In this document: positions 28,581 through 38,020 of the stretch, one piece after another
Numbering within the stretch: position 1 is the first letter of the stretch
How the letters are laid out: each line of letters begins with the position of its first letter
Assembly (NCBI GenBank): GCA_023512415.1
Contig: JAILZQ010000001.1
Span: forward strand, 20,008-84,007
DNA length: 64,000 nucleotides
Reading direction: 5' to 3'
Origin: Geminicoccaceae bacterium
Lineage (GTDB): Bacteria; Pseudomonadota; Alphaproteobacteria; Geminicoccales; Geminicoccaceae
The notes under the pieces: generated by a model
Databases searched by the model: none
Seen by the model: only the letters and a program-made list of their open reading frames with translations
Told to the model about the DNA's origin: nothing
Position numbers and translations under genes: made by a program

Positions 28581-29213
28581 TCACCGCGCAACGCGTTGAT
28601 CCCCGGATTCGCCCGAAAAAGTGACGTTTTCCGTGATGCGGACGCGGATGAATCCACCGCCGTGCGCGGTAACGAAACGTGCGGCCGAGACGATGGCAAC
28701 AGTATCGTTAGGCCCTGCCGCATCGGGGTATAGATTGTAAATATGTAAGACTCGTTCCATCCGAAACGTAAGGTTGTAGATCCCGTCGCGGGCATGCCTG
28801 TCTTGTACAAGATGCGGAACCGTCACCCCGCCTGACAGCGGAATCGGCGTGCAAACTGGGATGGTCGCTAGCACGACCTTTCTCCCTCGACTCCAATAGT
28901 GGAAATCAACACGAGGTACGACCGCACGACATTGCGGCCTTGAGATAGCGCAGACGAGGCCGGCAGAGATCGCGCATCCGACGAAGCGACTGTCACCGGT
29001 ACGGATGGCGCGTCCCGCTGCCCAGGCGAGGAGGATGAGGAACGTATGCGTGAAGGCTTCCGTGGCGAGTTGACGTGGAAAGACGAGTGACAGGGGAAGG
29101 AACAAGTGAACAATAGCGACCGCCAGAGCCAGGGTCGGCCAGAGATCGAGCTTTCCTCCGATCCCGACGAGGACGAGCGTGGTGCGTATCGCACAGGTCG
29201 ATTGCAAACCCAC
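28581..29213 (-). CDS. Hypothetical ORF in the low-G+C patch, possibly a disrupted gene
   Basis: 210-aa ORF with a hydrophobic N-terminal half. It overlaps ORF 28190-28810 in another frame, where the text continues plausibly (FRANPGINALRGDSFGIG...), suggesting a frameshifted remnant. No family recognised. Confidence 0.2.
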   Translation of the reverse strand: MGLQSTCAIRTTLVLVGIGGKLDLWPTLALAVAIVHLFLPLSLVFPRQLATEAFTHTFLILLAWAAGRAIRTGDSRFVGCAISAGLVCAISRPQCRAVVPRVDFHYWSRGRKVVLATIPVCTPIPLSGGVTVPHLVQDRHARDGIYNLTFRMERVLHIYNLYPDAAGPNDTVAIVSAARFVTAHGGGFIRVRITENVTFSGESGDQRVAR

Positions 29214-29749
29214 GACGAGCGATTGTCAGCCGAATAAGAGTAATGCACCATGGATCGTATAATCACCGGAGGCCCACGTCGCGCCATGCGGTCCGGAGTA
29301 CCCGAGTCTGCCGCTCCGTCGAGGCGTCAGTGAAAGACCGGGTGGAGGACAATTTCAGGACGGTTTGCGAGGCGCTCGCCTTCGAAAGCGACGGCGATCT
29401 TTTCCTGGGGGATTATGTCTCGGTCTGTGTTTATGAAGGCGGCCGGTGACTGGACGTTGCGGAGCACGAGCGTCCCGTGCGCCAGGGCGAAGAGTACGAG
29501 CATTGCGGCGAGTGCTCGAAGATCGAAGCGGCGAGAATGAGATGCGGTGCTTCCATGGTCCTGTGGTGGGCGATCGGCGGAAGTTTGTGAGAGTCCGGAC
29601 ACTGATGCCTTCCGTGGGTCCGTGGAATCGACATTCGTGCCAAAGCTGATGGTTTCATTTTGTCGAGGGGCTTGTGATCCGGGACGCGTATACCGAGGGG
29701 AGTCCGTCGGAGCATAGCGAAGAGGAAAACGGGGTGTTGCGGAAGATCC

Positions 29750-32023
29750 TCAGTTCAAGTAATATTTTTGTGATTTCTTGTAATATCCGGTCTTGTCCGC
29801 ATAGCCGTAGCGGGCATGTTTGTCGAGGTCGACCCGGGTCAGCACCACTCCTTTGAGAGGGGCACCGAGCTCCTGGAGAGCCGCGAGCTCGTCCTGGACG
29901 AGCGAGGCCGGAGTCTTGTTCCATTGCACCGCATAGACGACCTGGTCGACCAACGGTGCCAGGATCCGAGCGTCGGTGACACTCGTGACCGGCGCCGTGT
30001 CGAGGATCACGAGATCGTAGCCGATCCGGCAGCGGGCCAGGAACTCGCGCATCCGCTCGCTCGCCAGGAGTGCGATCGGGTTGACCGTCTGACCCTTGAC
30101 CGGAAGGAAGTGCAGGCCGGTTTCCTCGTCGACCTGGATCGCCTCCTCGAGCGAGCATTCCTCGCGGAGCACCTCGAGGATGCCGTTCGGCAGCTGCCAG
30201 CCGAGATTGCGATGGACCGAAGGATGCCGGAGATCGAGATCGACGAGCAGGACCTTCTTGCCCGAGCGGGCGGCGAAGGTGCCCAAGGACACGACGAGCG
30301 TGGTCTTGCCTTCCTCGGGTAGGCTCGAGGTGACCAGGACGACACCGCCGCCACCCGGCCGTGCCGGTGTCGCCACGAGGGCGACGAACACCGCACCGAT
30401 CGCCTCCGCGTAGAGGGAGAGCGGCTTCTCGAGCAGATAATGGTGGGGTTTGTGACGCCGCCTTCCGGGGATCTCGGGGACCAGGCTCAACATCGGCAGT
30501 CCAGTGAGCCGCTCGACCTCGCGCGCGCTCCTGAGTCCTTTGCCCAGGCTCTCGAGCAGGAAAGCGAGCGCGGAAGAGATCAACAGCGAGCCGGTGAAGC
30601 CGACCAGGAGGTAGACCTTGGGCCCGAACGAGCTGGGCGCGAGCGGCGGTGTGGCCGGGCTCACGATCCGCGCGTCCGGTTCGACCAGTTGGGTCTCCTC
30701 ACGGGTCTCTTTGGAACGCTGCAGCACCGACAAATAGAGCTGACGCGCGGCCTCGGCCTGTCGCTCGAGCTCCTTGAGCTTGACCTCGGCCTGACGATCC
30801 CGGGCGGAGCGGCCCTTGACCCCCGAGAGCTGGCTCTCGAGCGTCGCCACACGCGCCTGGACCACCCGGACGTCGTTCTCAAGCTGGGTGGCGAGCCGAT
30901 CGATCTCGGCCCGCACCTTGGCCTGAAGGTTGGCGCGGTCGCGCTCGAGCTGGACCATCCGCGGATGGCGCGGTCCGAACTGGGTGACGAGCTCCGCTTC
31001 TTGGCGGGCGAGCTCCGCTTCTTGGGCGCGCAGGTTGACGATCACCGGCGAAGCGGCGATGTCGCTGATCGCGTCGAGGCCACGGCCGCTCGCTCGGAGC
31101 TCGCGCACCAAGCGCAGCTTGGCTTGTCGTTCGGCCATCTCGCCGCGCGCCACGATCAATTCACGATTGAGTTCGCTAAGCTCCTGCTCGCCGAGGGTGA
31201 CGCCCTGGGCGTCGAGCAGGCCCTGCTCGGCGCGGAAGTTCGCGACCGCCCGCTCCGCCTTCTCGACCTCCGCACGCAGGCTCTCCAGGCGCTCCTCCAG
31301 AAAGGCGGAAGCCCGACCCGTGGCGCCGAGCTTGCTGCGCCGTTGACCGTCGACGTAGACCCCGGCCAAGTGGTTGGCGATCTGCGCGGCCTTGGCCGGA
31401 TCCTCGGCGCTGACCTCGAGGTTGATCAGGTAGGACACGCCGTCGTTGAGGACCCGCACGCGCTCGGCGAGGGCCGCGGCGACGAGATCCTCGACCGGTC
31501 GGTCCGGGACCTCCGCCTCGCGCGGCCAGGAGGCCGGCTCGGCCGCAACCCCGATCGCCACGAGCCAGTTGCGCGGCACGAGGCTCAATGCCCGCTCGAT
31601 CAGGAACCGTGGCTCGAGTCGCAGCCAGCCCGGCTGCTCCGTCTGCAGGAGCGGGTTGAACTCGGGATCGTGGACGAGCCCGAGCTCTTCGACGGTGCGG
31701 CGGAGATTGGCGTGCGCCGTGATCACCCCCATCTCGGTGGCGACGATCTTTTCGTCGACCGGCAGCCGGCCGACCACTTTCTCGATGTTCAACACACGAT
31801 CCTCGCGCGGATCGACGACGATCAGCGCGCTCGCCGTGTAGAGCGGTACGCGCTGCTTGCCGTACACCCAACCGATCGTCGCACCGACCAGGCTGATCAG
31901 CAGGATCAACCACTTGCGTCGCCAGAGAACGGCAAAGAAGGAGACCACGTCCACCGAGGCATTGTCGAGCGTCGATGGATGGGTCGACGGAACGTCGCCC
32001 TTGACTGTGGTCACGTCTCGCAT
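29750..32023 (-). CDS. wzc: Polysaccharide co-polymerase / tyrosine autokinase (Wzc/ExoP/GumC-type, PCP-2a)
   Basis: About 757 aa from ATG 32023 (track ORF runs to 32089). Wzz-like N-terminus with a TM helix, long coiled-coil region, second TM helix. P-loop VVLVTSSLPEEGKTTL...LLVDLDLRHPS and a C-terminal Tyr cluster YGYADKTGYYKKSQKYY. Confidence 0.85.
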   Translation of the reverse strand: MRDVTTVKGDVPSTHPSTLDNASVDVVSFFAVLWRRKWLILLISLVGATIGWVYGKQRVPLYTASALIVVDPREDRVLNIEKVVGRLPVDEKIVATEMGVITAHANLRRTVEELGLVHDPEFNPLLQTEQPGWLRLEPRFLIERALSLVPRNWLVAIGVAAEPASWPREAEVPDRPVEDLVAAALAERVRVLNDGVSYLINLEVSAEDPAKAAQIANHLAGVYVDGQRRSKLGATGRASAFLEERLESLRAEVEKAERAVANFRAEQGLLDAQGVTLGEQELSELNRELIVARGEMAERQAKLRLVRELRASGRGLDAISDIAASPVIVNLRAQEAELARQEAELVTQFGPRHPRMVQLERDRANLQAKVRAEIDRLATQLENDVRVVQARVATLESQLSGVKGRSARDRQAEVKLKELERQAEAARQLYLSVLQRSKETREETQLVEPDARIVSPATPPLAPSSFGPKVYLLVGFTGSLLISSALAFLLESLGKGLRSAREVERLTGLPMLSLVPEIPGRRRHKPHHYLLEKPLSLYAEAIGAVFVALVATPARPGGGGVVLVTSSLPEEGKTTLVVSLGTFAARSGKKVLLVDLDLRHPSVHRNLGWQLPNGILEVLREECSLEEAIQVDEETGLHFLPVKGQTVNPIALLASERMREFLARCRIGYDLVILDTAPVTSVTDARILAPLVDQVVYAVQWNKTPASLVQDELAALQELGAPLKGVVLTRVDLDKHARYGYADKTGYYKKSQKYYLN

Positions 32024-32416
32024 CGATTGCGACTCGCTGGGCTCTGCCTCGGCGCGAAACCCTATATGCACCTTCCCGGCCCGGAGCAAGGGAGCCCGGT
32101 CGACAAGCGACTCGGACCTTACCTCGGTGCGTCGGACGGTTCCGCCCGGGGCCGGGATGCGCTTCGGTCCCCCGGTCGGCCTTCACCCGACCGGCCGTCG
32201 CGAAAGTCGCCGAACCCGGCGGGCGACTTCCGACGCGATCGCAGCCGGCTGCCCGTCGCATTCGGGAGAGCTCCGGACCGACACGCTCGGCCCACCGGGC
32301 GAGCTCCGCCCACCGTGCGCGTCTGCCGGATGCCGACCTCGGAGGCTCTCACCCGAAACGACGGTTCGGCCCCGTTCGTGGCCAGCTCGTTCACCCCGCC
32401 CCATCGAACCACGTCC

Positions 32417-33928
32417 TCAGCGGCTCGCCCGAGGGGCAGGATCGATGGAGGCCGCAGCGGACGGACCGTCCTCACGACGCCGCCAGACGCGCCATCCGAG
32501 CTGGTCGTACACCAACTGCCAGCCCGGACGCCCGCGCTCCCAGAGATCGGGGAAGGTTCGGTTCGAGCGGTCGCGTTCGGCTCCCGGACGTCGCGGATCG
32601 GGAACCGCGATTTGTCGGACGGTCGGCCGGCGCGCGATCAGCTGCTCGAGAAACAGCGGATCGGGCGGGAGAACGAGGCGATCGGCACGGCCGAGCGCCG
32701 CCACCACCGGCATCCCGAGCCGATCGTCGAGGAGTGTGGCCGGACCGTCGGCGAGGAACGCGGCCAGCGCACGCTCACCCGGATGCGGCTCGGGGAGGGG
32801 ACGATGGAGAAGGGCCGTTCGCCACCGGACGATCTCGCCCTCGTCGGAGCGGGCCACCCACACCCACGCGCCCGCCACCGCCACGAACAACAGGCCGAGC
32901 GCGATCGCTCGCCGCGCGCCGGTACGACATTCGGCCAACACCGAGACGACCGGGGCGACGGCGAGGAACAAGAATTGGAGCGGGTGCCCGGAACAGCCGA
33001 GGGCACGCGCCGTGGCGAACCCCGCCACGGGAATCGCGCACGATCCCACGAGCACGCCGGCGAGGCGAAGGGAAGCCCCCGGTCGAAAGAGGCACGACCC
33101 GAGGACGGGCGCACTCACGAGCAAGAGGGCCGATCCCGCCCCGATGGCCCCGAGGAAGCGTTCGCCGTCGGGTCCGAGCCACGATCCGGCTTCGGCGGGG
33201 ACGAGGTCGCAGACTTCGGATCCGAGTGCCTCGAGGGCGGCCGCCCAATCGCCGGTCGAGGCCCAACCGAGCCAGCTCGAAAGCGCGAGCATCCCACCAA
33301 CCGGCACGCCGAGGACGAGCAGAAGCCCGCTCGGTGCTTCGCGGAGCATCTTGGCGGGCACGCTGCCGAGAACGAGGGGCAGGAGTGCGGGCGCACAATA
33401 GACGAAACGCGGATCGATCCACGACCAACAGGCGATCACGAGTGACAAGGATATCGCTCGACGCGCCGTCCTCTCCTCGGCCAATTGCCGTATCGAAGCC
33501 GTCACGACGGCGAACGCCGCGAGGGCCAAGATATCGGGTCCCGTCCGCGACAGAGCCCACAGAGTGAAAGGGTGGACGACGAGGAGAGCGATCGCCCCGA
33601 TCGCCGATCCCGCGTTCCACCCCGTCGACCGCAACCGCTCGTACCCTTTTCCCAAGAGAACGCCTCCGACACCCACCGCGAGTACCGGGAGTGCGGCGAG
33701 CGTCGTCGGTCCGCCGAGCATTTCGAGAAGGGCACCCATCTGGAGCCACGGCTTCGGCTCGACCAGGGCGAGGCCTTCCTGCACGAACCCCGGCACGTCC
33801 CGGGCCATCACCGCCGTTGCCCGTAACGCCACGAGCTGCGGATCGACCCAACCTCCGGCTACGAGCCACGAGCCCGACGCGGCCGTGAAGAGGGCGCCGA
33901 GCGCCGCTGCGGCCGAGCTCCGAATCAC
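32417..33928 (-). CDS. Polytopic membrane protein with C-terminal soluble domain (GT-C-like?), third gene of the synthase operon
   Basis: 503 aa from GTG 33928, which overlaps the GT2 stop (GTGA). At least 10 hydrophobic segments, then a ~130-aa Arg/Pro-rich soluble tail. No specific family recognised. Confidence 0.5.
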   Translation of the reverse strand: MIRSSAAAALGALFTAASGSWLVAGGWVDPQLVALRATAVMARDVPGFVQEGLALVEPKPWLQMGALLEMLGGPTTLAALPVLAVGVGGVLLGKGYERLRSTGWNAGSAIGAIALLVVHPFTLWALSRTGPDILALAAFAVVTASIRQLAEERTARRAISLSLVIACWSWIDPRFVYCAPALLPLVLGSVPAKMLREAPSGLLLVLGVPVGGMLALSSWLGWASTGDWAAALEALGSEVCDLVPAEAGSWLGPDGERFLGAIGAGSALLLVSAPVLGSCLFRPGASLRLAGVLVGSCAIPVAGFATARALGCSGHPLQFLFLAVAPVVSVLAECRTGARRAIALGLLFVAVAGAWVWVARSDEGEIVRWRTALLHRPLPEPHPGERALAAFLADGPATLLDDRLGMPVVAALGRADRLVLPPDPLFLEQLIARRPTVRQIAVPDPRRPGAERDRSNRTFPDLWERGRPGWQLVYDQLGWRVWRRREDGPSAAASIDPAPRASR

Positions 33929-35835
33929 GCGGTCGCTCCGAACTTCGCCGCCGCGATTTCCGCCGCGGTGGTCTTGCTGATCCCGTGGCGGGTCTTCTCC
34001 CAATGGAACGGACATCGCACGAGCTGGATCACCGCCTTCCAACCGGCGATCGACATCAAGATCCAATACAACGGTACGGTCAGCGCCCAGACCGTCAGGT
34101 CGAACCGTTCGCGTTTGACGGGCGCGATCGCCGAAAGATAGATCAGGATCGTGTTACCCAGGATCAACGCGAGGATCGACGGGTACATCAGCCACGGCGG
34201 GAAGATCGTTTCGAACGACGTCGATCCGGTCGTGATCCAGGTGAGGAACGTCACCCACAGAAGGGGATTGATCAGCGCCGCGGCCACGGTTCCTCCCACG
34301 AACAGATGGAACGCCAAAAATCCCTTTGGTCCTACGATCTTGGCGAACCGCACGGGTTTCCGCATGTGGACGAGCCACGTCTGCATGTAACCCTTGAGCC
34401 AGCGGGACCTCTGCCGGATCCAATTCCCGATGTGACAATTCGCTTCTTCGAAGGTGGTCGAGTCGATCACGCCGACCCGATAACCTTTTTGCGCCAGACG
34501 GATGCCGAGATCCGCATCCTCCGTCACGTTGAACGGATCCCAACCGTGCAGTTCGCGCAGGACGGACGTCTTGAAGTGATTCGAGGTACCGCCGAGCGGA
34601 ATCGGCATCCCGAACCTGTCGAGAGACGGAAGCATGAGGTCGAACCAGAGACTGTAATCGAGCGTGAACATCCGCGTCAGCCAGTTTTCCTTGTCATTGT
34701 AAAAATTCAATCGCGCCTGAAGACACACCGTGTTCGAGGGCGATTTACGGAACGAGACGACGGCTTTCTTCAGTTGATCCGGCTCCGGTTTGTCTTCTGC
34801 ATCGTAGATCACGAGATACTCGCCTCGGGCGAGGCGGAGAGCGTAGTTGCACGCTTTCGGTTTGGTGCGAGGATGAGACGGCGGCACGAGAACGATTTCG
34901 AAAATGCCCTCGAGGCCGAGCGCCTTGGCCGCCGCGATGGTCTCGTGGTCGTCGGCTTCGAGGACCAGTTTCACGTCGAGCTTCGCCAGCGGATAATCCA
35001 ATTTGCGGAGTGCGGCGGCGAGGATCGGAAGAACCTCGGGTTCTTTGTACATCGGGACGAGAACCGAATATGTCGGGAGCTCTTCCTCCCGTAGAGCATC
35101 GAGTTCGCCTCGATCCACCGTGGTATCGACGCCGGGCAGGACCGCACCGGCCGTGGCGAGGAACGCTTTGAACGCGACGCTCGCGAGGAACGCCGCGAGC
35201 AGGATGCCGTTGAGGAAGAGGATCGTCTGCAGCGGCGCGACCGCCAGGCCGAGCAGAACGGCGCTCACGACCGCCCAACCGGCGACGAGCTGGGCCGAGG
35301 TGAAGACCGTGCGAGCCGAGCAGTCCGGATCGTGCGCGGCGAGGTCCTCGATCGCGCTGCGCGTGAGCTCGCTCGCGAAACATCGTTGGAAGGTGGCGAG
35401 CAGATCGAACGTGCTCGTCACCGCGACGACAGCCGGGGTCGTCGGGTGCCGAAGGGCCAGGCGGGCAAGCAGGGCTTGCGGCTCGGTCGTCGCCCAAACC
35501 GTCCGACCTCGAATCCTCCGCCAAGGAACCGCTTGCCAGGCGACGTACGCGTCGAGTTCGTTCGGATCGAGGAGATCCGGATCGACCGGAAATCGCCGCA
35601 AGTCGAGAAAGGGCAAACCGAGTTGCCTTGCCAAGATGCGGTAGAGGTCGATCGGACGCAAGAAGCCCAGGGCGACGAGCGCTCGACCCAAGGGAACACG
35701 CCACCGCCGCGCGTAGGCGAGCGCTTCGTCGAGCTCGGACCGTTCGACGAGCCCGGCCTCGAGAAGTTCCGTACCGAGGAGACGGGGAACCGCCTCGTTC
35801 GCCGATCCGCCGGCAGGGATCGAAGCGGCGGACAC
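33925..35835 (-). CDS. Processive family-2 glycosyltransferase (polysaccharide synthase) with N-terminal T2SS-E-N/MshEN-like domain
   Basis: 636 aa. GT2 core: YSVLVPMYKEPEV...VLEADD...VIYDAEDKP...TEDADLG...QRSRWLKG (the QxxRW processivity motif). TM helices lie before and after the core. The N-terminal 80 aa resemble the GSPII_E N-terminal domain. Confidence 0.85.
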   Translation of the reverse strand: MSAASIPAGGSANEAVPRLLGTELLEAGLVERSELDEALAYARRWRVPLGRALVALGFLRPIDLYRILARQLGLPFLDLRRFPVDPDLLDPNELDAYVAWQAVPWRRIRGRTVWATTEPQALLARLALRHPTTPAVVAVTSTFDLLATFQRCFASELTRSAIEDLAAHDPDCSARTVFTSAQLVAGWAVVSAVLLGLAVAPLQTILFLNGILLAAFLASVAFKAFLATAGAVLPGVDTTVDRGELDALREEELPTYSVLVPMYKEPEVLPILAAALRKLDYPLAKLDVKLVLEADDHETIAAAKALGLEGIFEIVLVPPSHPRTKPKACNYALRLARGEYLVIYDAEDKPEPDQLKKAVVSFRKSPSNTVCLQARLNFYNDKENWLTRMFTLDYSLWFDLMLPSLDRFGMPIPLGGTSNHFKTSVLRELHGWDPFNVTEDADLGIRLAQKGYRVGVIDSTTFEEANCHIGNWIRQRSRWLKGYMQTWLVHMRKPVRFAKIVGPKGFLAFHLFVGGTVAAALINPLLWVTFLTWITTGSTSFETIFPPWLMYPSILALILGNTILIYLSAIAPVKRERFDLTVWALTVPLYWILMSIAGWKAVIQLVRCPFHWEKTRHGISKTTAAEIAAAKFGATA

Positions 35836-35836
35836 G

Positions 35837-37915
35837 TCAGGCTCTCCGGCGGAGAACCACGACCAAGCACGCGGTGAGCGCCGCCCAGAAGGCGAGGATC
35901 AGGCCCCACCGCCACGGTGCCAATCGATCGAACCAGGAGATCGCTTCGGGGTATGCGACACGGATCACCGTCTCGCGGGTCGTTCGCAAAGCGATGCGCG
36001 TGCCGGATCGGTCCCCGACGACGAGGTCCTCCCGATCGAGCCGGTCCCCGGGCCAAGATGGTAGCTCGGGTTCGAGCCCGGCGAGCTGGAGACCGGGCTG
36101 CTCGCCGAGACGAACGAGTTGGGCCACGGCGATGTTCGTCCCCGGTGCGATTTCGAGAAGCGGCCCGCTCGCGCGACCGACCAGAGCGACGCGGCCTCGG
36201 TCGAGTCGCAAGGGAGCGACGAGCTCCGGGCGGGCCACCCCACCCACGAGTAGGAACGGTCTTTCCGGTCGCAACGGATCGTCGCCGGCGATCGGGATGA
36301 CACGACCCGGTGTCCCCGGACGGAAGAGGTGGCGACCGATGCCCACGAGGGTCGTGAGCAGGTTCGTCGGACGGTCGAGCCGATCCCGCTCGACCAGGAG
36401 AGGCGTTTCTTCGTCGAGCAGGGCTGCGAGCTCGGCGAACGTGCGAGGGTGCCGCGGAGCCGCGCCGAGGATCAGGTACGAGCTCGCGAGCAATTGGGCC
36501 GGGAGCTGCGTCGGTCGAGAGGTACACGGATCGGCTTCGGCCTGGCGGACGAGCTCGACGCGCAGCTCCGGAGCGAGGCGAACGTCGCGCTCCGGGAGGT
36601 TCAACCGCAAACGGTGCGGTCCGGGACCGTCCGGCAACGGACCCGTGTGCAAGAGCTCTTCGTCGAGCCAAACCGCAACCGAAACCGGCCGTCCGCCGGA
36701 GCCCACAGGGGCCACCACATCCAGAACCACGCCGACCGGAACCCGGCCGGCCGGCAACCGGACGAGGGGTAGACCGAAGCGCCAACCTCCCCGCTCGCCG
36801 ATCCACCGCGTTCGCAGCTCCACCCCGAGCTCCCCGAGCGGCACGGTCTCGACCTCCGGCTCGGCGTGCGATCCCGAGGAGACCAGGTTCGTGTCCGTTC
36901 CGGCCGCGAGCGAGACGAGGCCGGTGCGAACCAACCGATCCAGCGCCGCACCGGCTCGCGGGTGAACGAACAAGACCGATGCTCGCCCCGTTCGAACGAG
37001 AGACAGATCGTTCGTTCCACGCGGAAAAAGGGGCTCTTCACGATCGCCGACCCACGCTCGTTCTTTCATGTGAAAAGCGACGATTTCGGGATCGCCGATC
37101 ACGACGTGGGGTGGTTTCTGCGCGACGGCATGCTTTCCGAACGACCGCCGATCGGCTCCTTCCACCTGGTCGGCAACGGGGAGGAGTCGGCCGAATTCGC
37201 CGGCGACGAGCGGCGGCGAGCCTTCGAGCTCGCGGTACAGGATCTCACGGCCGGACCGGGCGAGCGCGAGACCGACGAGCAGTGCAGTATGGAAAACGTC
37301 CGCTTCACCTCGGCCCGAAGCGACCGCGATTTCTACGGTCCTCGGCAGCGTTTCCCAAAAATTCCGGATCTCGTCGATTCGGCGCGTGTCGACCACGAGT
37401 TCGAGACCACTCCGGGGCAGGATCCGCACGAAGCCCCCGGCCGTCCGATCGTCCACGCAACGATCGTCCGCCAGACTCCCACGCAGTTCGAACTCGACCC
37501 GGGCGAAAGGCTCGCGCAGGTCGCCGGGCTCGAGCGGCAGGACGACCTCGCTTCCCGCCCAGCGCAACAGATCGAGCGCGAGGACACCCCGGTCCTTGAC
37601 CCGAACTTCGAGCACCGCCCGCTGCCACGTCGGCAATTGGACATCGAGGAGAAGGCGAAGGCGACCCGAATCGGGACGAGACGCAGCCAGGGTCGGGAAA
37701 TGCACACTGCGCGTGTCGACGGTCCCTCGCAGCTCGAGCCCCTGCTCGAACCCCAGCCGAGCGAGGTCGAGTTCGACCGTTTCCCGTTCGGCTTTCGCCC
37801 GCAAAGCGGACTGTGCCTGGACGCCGCGATCCCCTCCCACGAGAGAACCGAGCAAGAGCGCGAGCCCGAGCCGCACGAGACCGATCCGAGCGCGCATCGA
37901 TCGTCGAAACGTCAC
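35837..37915 (-). CDS. BcsB-like periplasmic synthase partner (signal peptide, C-terminal TM anchor)
   Basis: 692 aa. Signal peptide MRARIGLVRLGLALLLGSLVGG..VQAQS, a large beta-rich body and a C-terminal WGLILAFWAALTACLVVVL-RRRA anchor. Its stop is 1 nt from the GT2 start. The BcsB assignment rests on topology plus weak sequence impression only. Confidence 0.5.
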   Translation of the reverse strand: MTFRRSMRARIGLVRLGLALLLGSLVGGDRGVQAQSALRAKAERETVELDLARLGFEQGLELRGTVDTRSVHFPTLAASRPDSGRLRLLLDVQLPTWQRAVLEVRVKDRGVLALDLLRWAGSEVVLPLEPGDLREPFARVEFELRGSLADDRCVDDRTAGGFVRILPRSGLELVVDTRRIDEIRNFWETLPRTVEIAVASGRGEADVFHTALLVGLALARSGREILYRELEGSPPLVAGEFGRLLPVADQVEGADRRSFGKHAVAQKPPHVVIGDPEIVAFHMKERAWVGDREEPLFPRGTNDLSLVRTGRASVLFVHPRAGAALDRLVRTGLVSLAAGTDTNLVSSGSHAEPEVETVPLGELGVELRTRWIGERGGWRFGLPLVRLPAGRVPVGVVLDVVAPVGSGGRPVSVAVWLDEELLHTGPLPDGPGPHRLRLNLPERDVRLAPELRVELVRQAEADPCTSRPTQLPAQLLASSYLILGAAPRHPRTFAELAALLDEETPLLVERDRLDRPTNLLTTLVGIGRHLFRPGTPGRVIPIAGDDPLRPERPFLLVGGVARPELVAPLRLDRGRVALVGRASGPLLEIAPGTNIAVAQLVRLGEQPGLQLAGLEPELPSWPGDRLDREDLVVGDRSGTRIALRTTRETVIRVAYPEAISWFDRLAPWRWGLILAFWAALTACLVVVLRRRA

Positions 37916-38020
37916 GGCCGAACGTTCCTTTCGCCTTCGCGCCCTTCTTGGAGAAAGAACCTTACCAGCGCGTTAACGCTCGCGGAGAGCCCCTGGTCGG
38001 ATTATTGGTCTTTATTCCTC

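Noticed and set aside
30440-33445. 1001-aa + strand ORF opposite wzc and the membrane protein gene
   Set aside because: It is antisense to genes with clear family motifs, and no domains are recognisable.
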